Positions 48,399 through 49,274 of a stretch of DNA of 49,274 bases are shown here, one piece after another. The DNA comes from Gemmatimonadales bacterium. GTDB taxonomy: Bacteria; Gemmatimonadota; Gemmatimonadetes; Gemmatimonadales; GWC2-71-9. The position numbers and the translations under genes are program-made. Position 1 is the stretch's first letter. Each line of letters starts with the position of its first letter. The notes below the pieces were generated by a model. That model saw only the letters and a program-made list of their open reading frames with translations, ran no database searches and was not told the DNA's origin. The stretch is from positions 1 through 49,274 of the forward strand of contig JBBQFH010000026.1 in NCBI GenBank assembly GCA_038321865.1. The letters run 5' to 3'.

Positions 48399-49274
48399 TT
48401 CGCCAGCGCCGTGACGGCGGCGACCCAGATGTCGCTCTGGAAATCGCTCAGCGTGAAGTAGAGCCAGCCGGCGTACTCGGCCACACCGGAACTGGCGGAA
48501 CTGTGCGCCCGGCCCGGCTCGTCGAACCGAATCACGTCGCGAACCGAGCCGTCGCCGAGTGAAATGGCGGTGACCCGTGCGCTTCGCGGGAGCGCACCGC
48601 GCCGGACCAGGTACCCCGTCCGCCCGTCACTCGAGACTGCCATCCCGCTGTTCCACTCCGCCAGCAGCTCCCGCAGGTTCATGGCCGGTGCGGCGAATGG
48701 CCGGAACGTGCCGCCATCCGCCGGCTGCACACCAAAATGCCCCGTCGAGTCGACACCGATCAGCGCCGTCCCCCGATCCGCCCACGCGAGCGCCAGTCGT
48801 CCGCCCGGCAGCGCAAGCGCCGCCGGCATGCTCCATCGGCCCTGATCGTCCCGTGTGGTGATCCGCAATTCCTGGCGGCGCAGGGAGAAGTTGCCCCACA
48901 CGATGCGGCGGCCGTCAGGCGACCACGCGGCATTTCGCTCGTCCGGCGTGGTGCCGGGCGAAAGGGGAACGGCCTTCCCGCCCCCGGCCGCGACGACGTA
49001 GATCCGCCGATGTCCTCCGATAATGGCGTGGTACGCGACTTCGCTGCCATCGGGCGAAGGCCACGGAGCGAACGACGGGTTCGAGTCTCTCGTCAGGCGC
49101 TCGATCGCGCCGCCCGCCAGCGGCATCCGAAAGATCTGCATCACGCCCTCGCGGTCCGAATCGAACACCAGCCACTTTCCGTCGCCGGAGATGCGAAGCG
49201 CTTCGATCGTCTGGCGGTCGGTGGTGACCGGCACGGCACCGTTGGTCGATACCGACCCGCTCGCGGGCACCGGC
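48395..49274 (-). CDS. C-terminal TolB-like beta-propeller of a protein starting beyond the window (probably another receptor kinase)
   Basis: SGDGKWLVFDSDR, PSPDG, WSPDG, SDIWVA. Stop overlaps the next kinase GTG. The kinase domain is not visible. Confidence 0.75.
   Translation of the reverse strand, partial: PVPASGSVSTNGAVPVTTDRQTIEALRISGDGKWLVFDSDREGVMQIFRMPLAGGAIERLTRDSNPSFAPWPSPDGSEVAYHAIIGGHRRIYVVAAGGGKAVPLSPGTTPDERNAAWSPDGRRIVWGNFSLRRQELRITTRDDQGRWSMPAALALPGGRLALAWADRGTALIGVDSTGHFGVQPADGGTFRPFAAPAMNLRELLAEWNSGMAVSSDGRTGYLVRRGALPRSARVTAISLGDGSVRDVIRFDEPGRAHSSASSGVAEYAGWLYFTLSDFQSDIWVAAVTALAK

Noticed and set aside
32948..48461. Long plus-strand ORFs opposite the kinases (762, 383, 338, 376 and 511 aa), some similar to each other
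   Set aside because: Antisense shadows. Their mutual similarity only mirrors the conserved kinase DNA.
32879..49274. Diversity-generating retroelement or invertase-driven shufflon acting on the kinase sensors
   Set aside because: No reverse transcriptase, recombinase, adenine-specific TR/VR pair or inverted recombination sites seen.

Overview
High-GC (roughly 70%, estimated by eye) bacterial chromosomal window. The tandem Hanks-type kinase/beta-propeller genes and the BTAD-TPR regulator resemble Gemmatimonadota, but this is an inference from gene content only. Left to right: partial DEAD-box helicase; msrB; a Spy/CpxP-like periplasmic protein; a DNA-repair cluster (LigC-type ligase, LigD/Prim-PolC-type polymerase, a frameshifted YaaA-like gene and a divergent radical SAM-HhH gene); a 2868-aa cyclic beta-1,2-glucan synthase; a PAS hybrid histidine kinase; an atypical multicopper oxidase; an amidohydrolase; a GNAT; a lipoprotein; a BTAD/TPR regulator; DUF3224; an internally deleted FMN reductase; a YciF-like ferritin; a Tat-exported Cys-rich protein with DUF2911; an M28 peptidase; a CPA1 antiporter; a Kir-type channel with a non-canonical filter (TVGTG); an ankyrin protein; and at least five membrane Ser/Thr receptor kinases plus a probable sixth that is cut off by the window edge. 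The most unusual signal sits inside the kinase array. A 238-aa helical orphan gene with its own terminator lies next to a ~490-bp degenerate array with a strict 21-bp period (CGGA every two helical turns, 24 units) that has no clean ORF. No rRNA, tRNA, CRISPR array, integrase or transposase was recognised.
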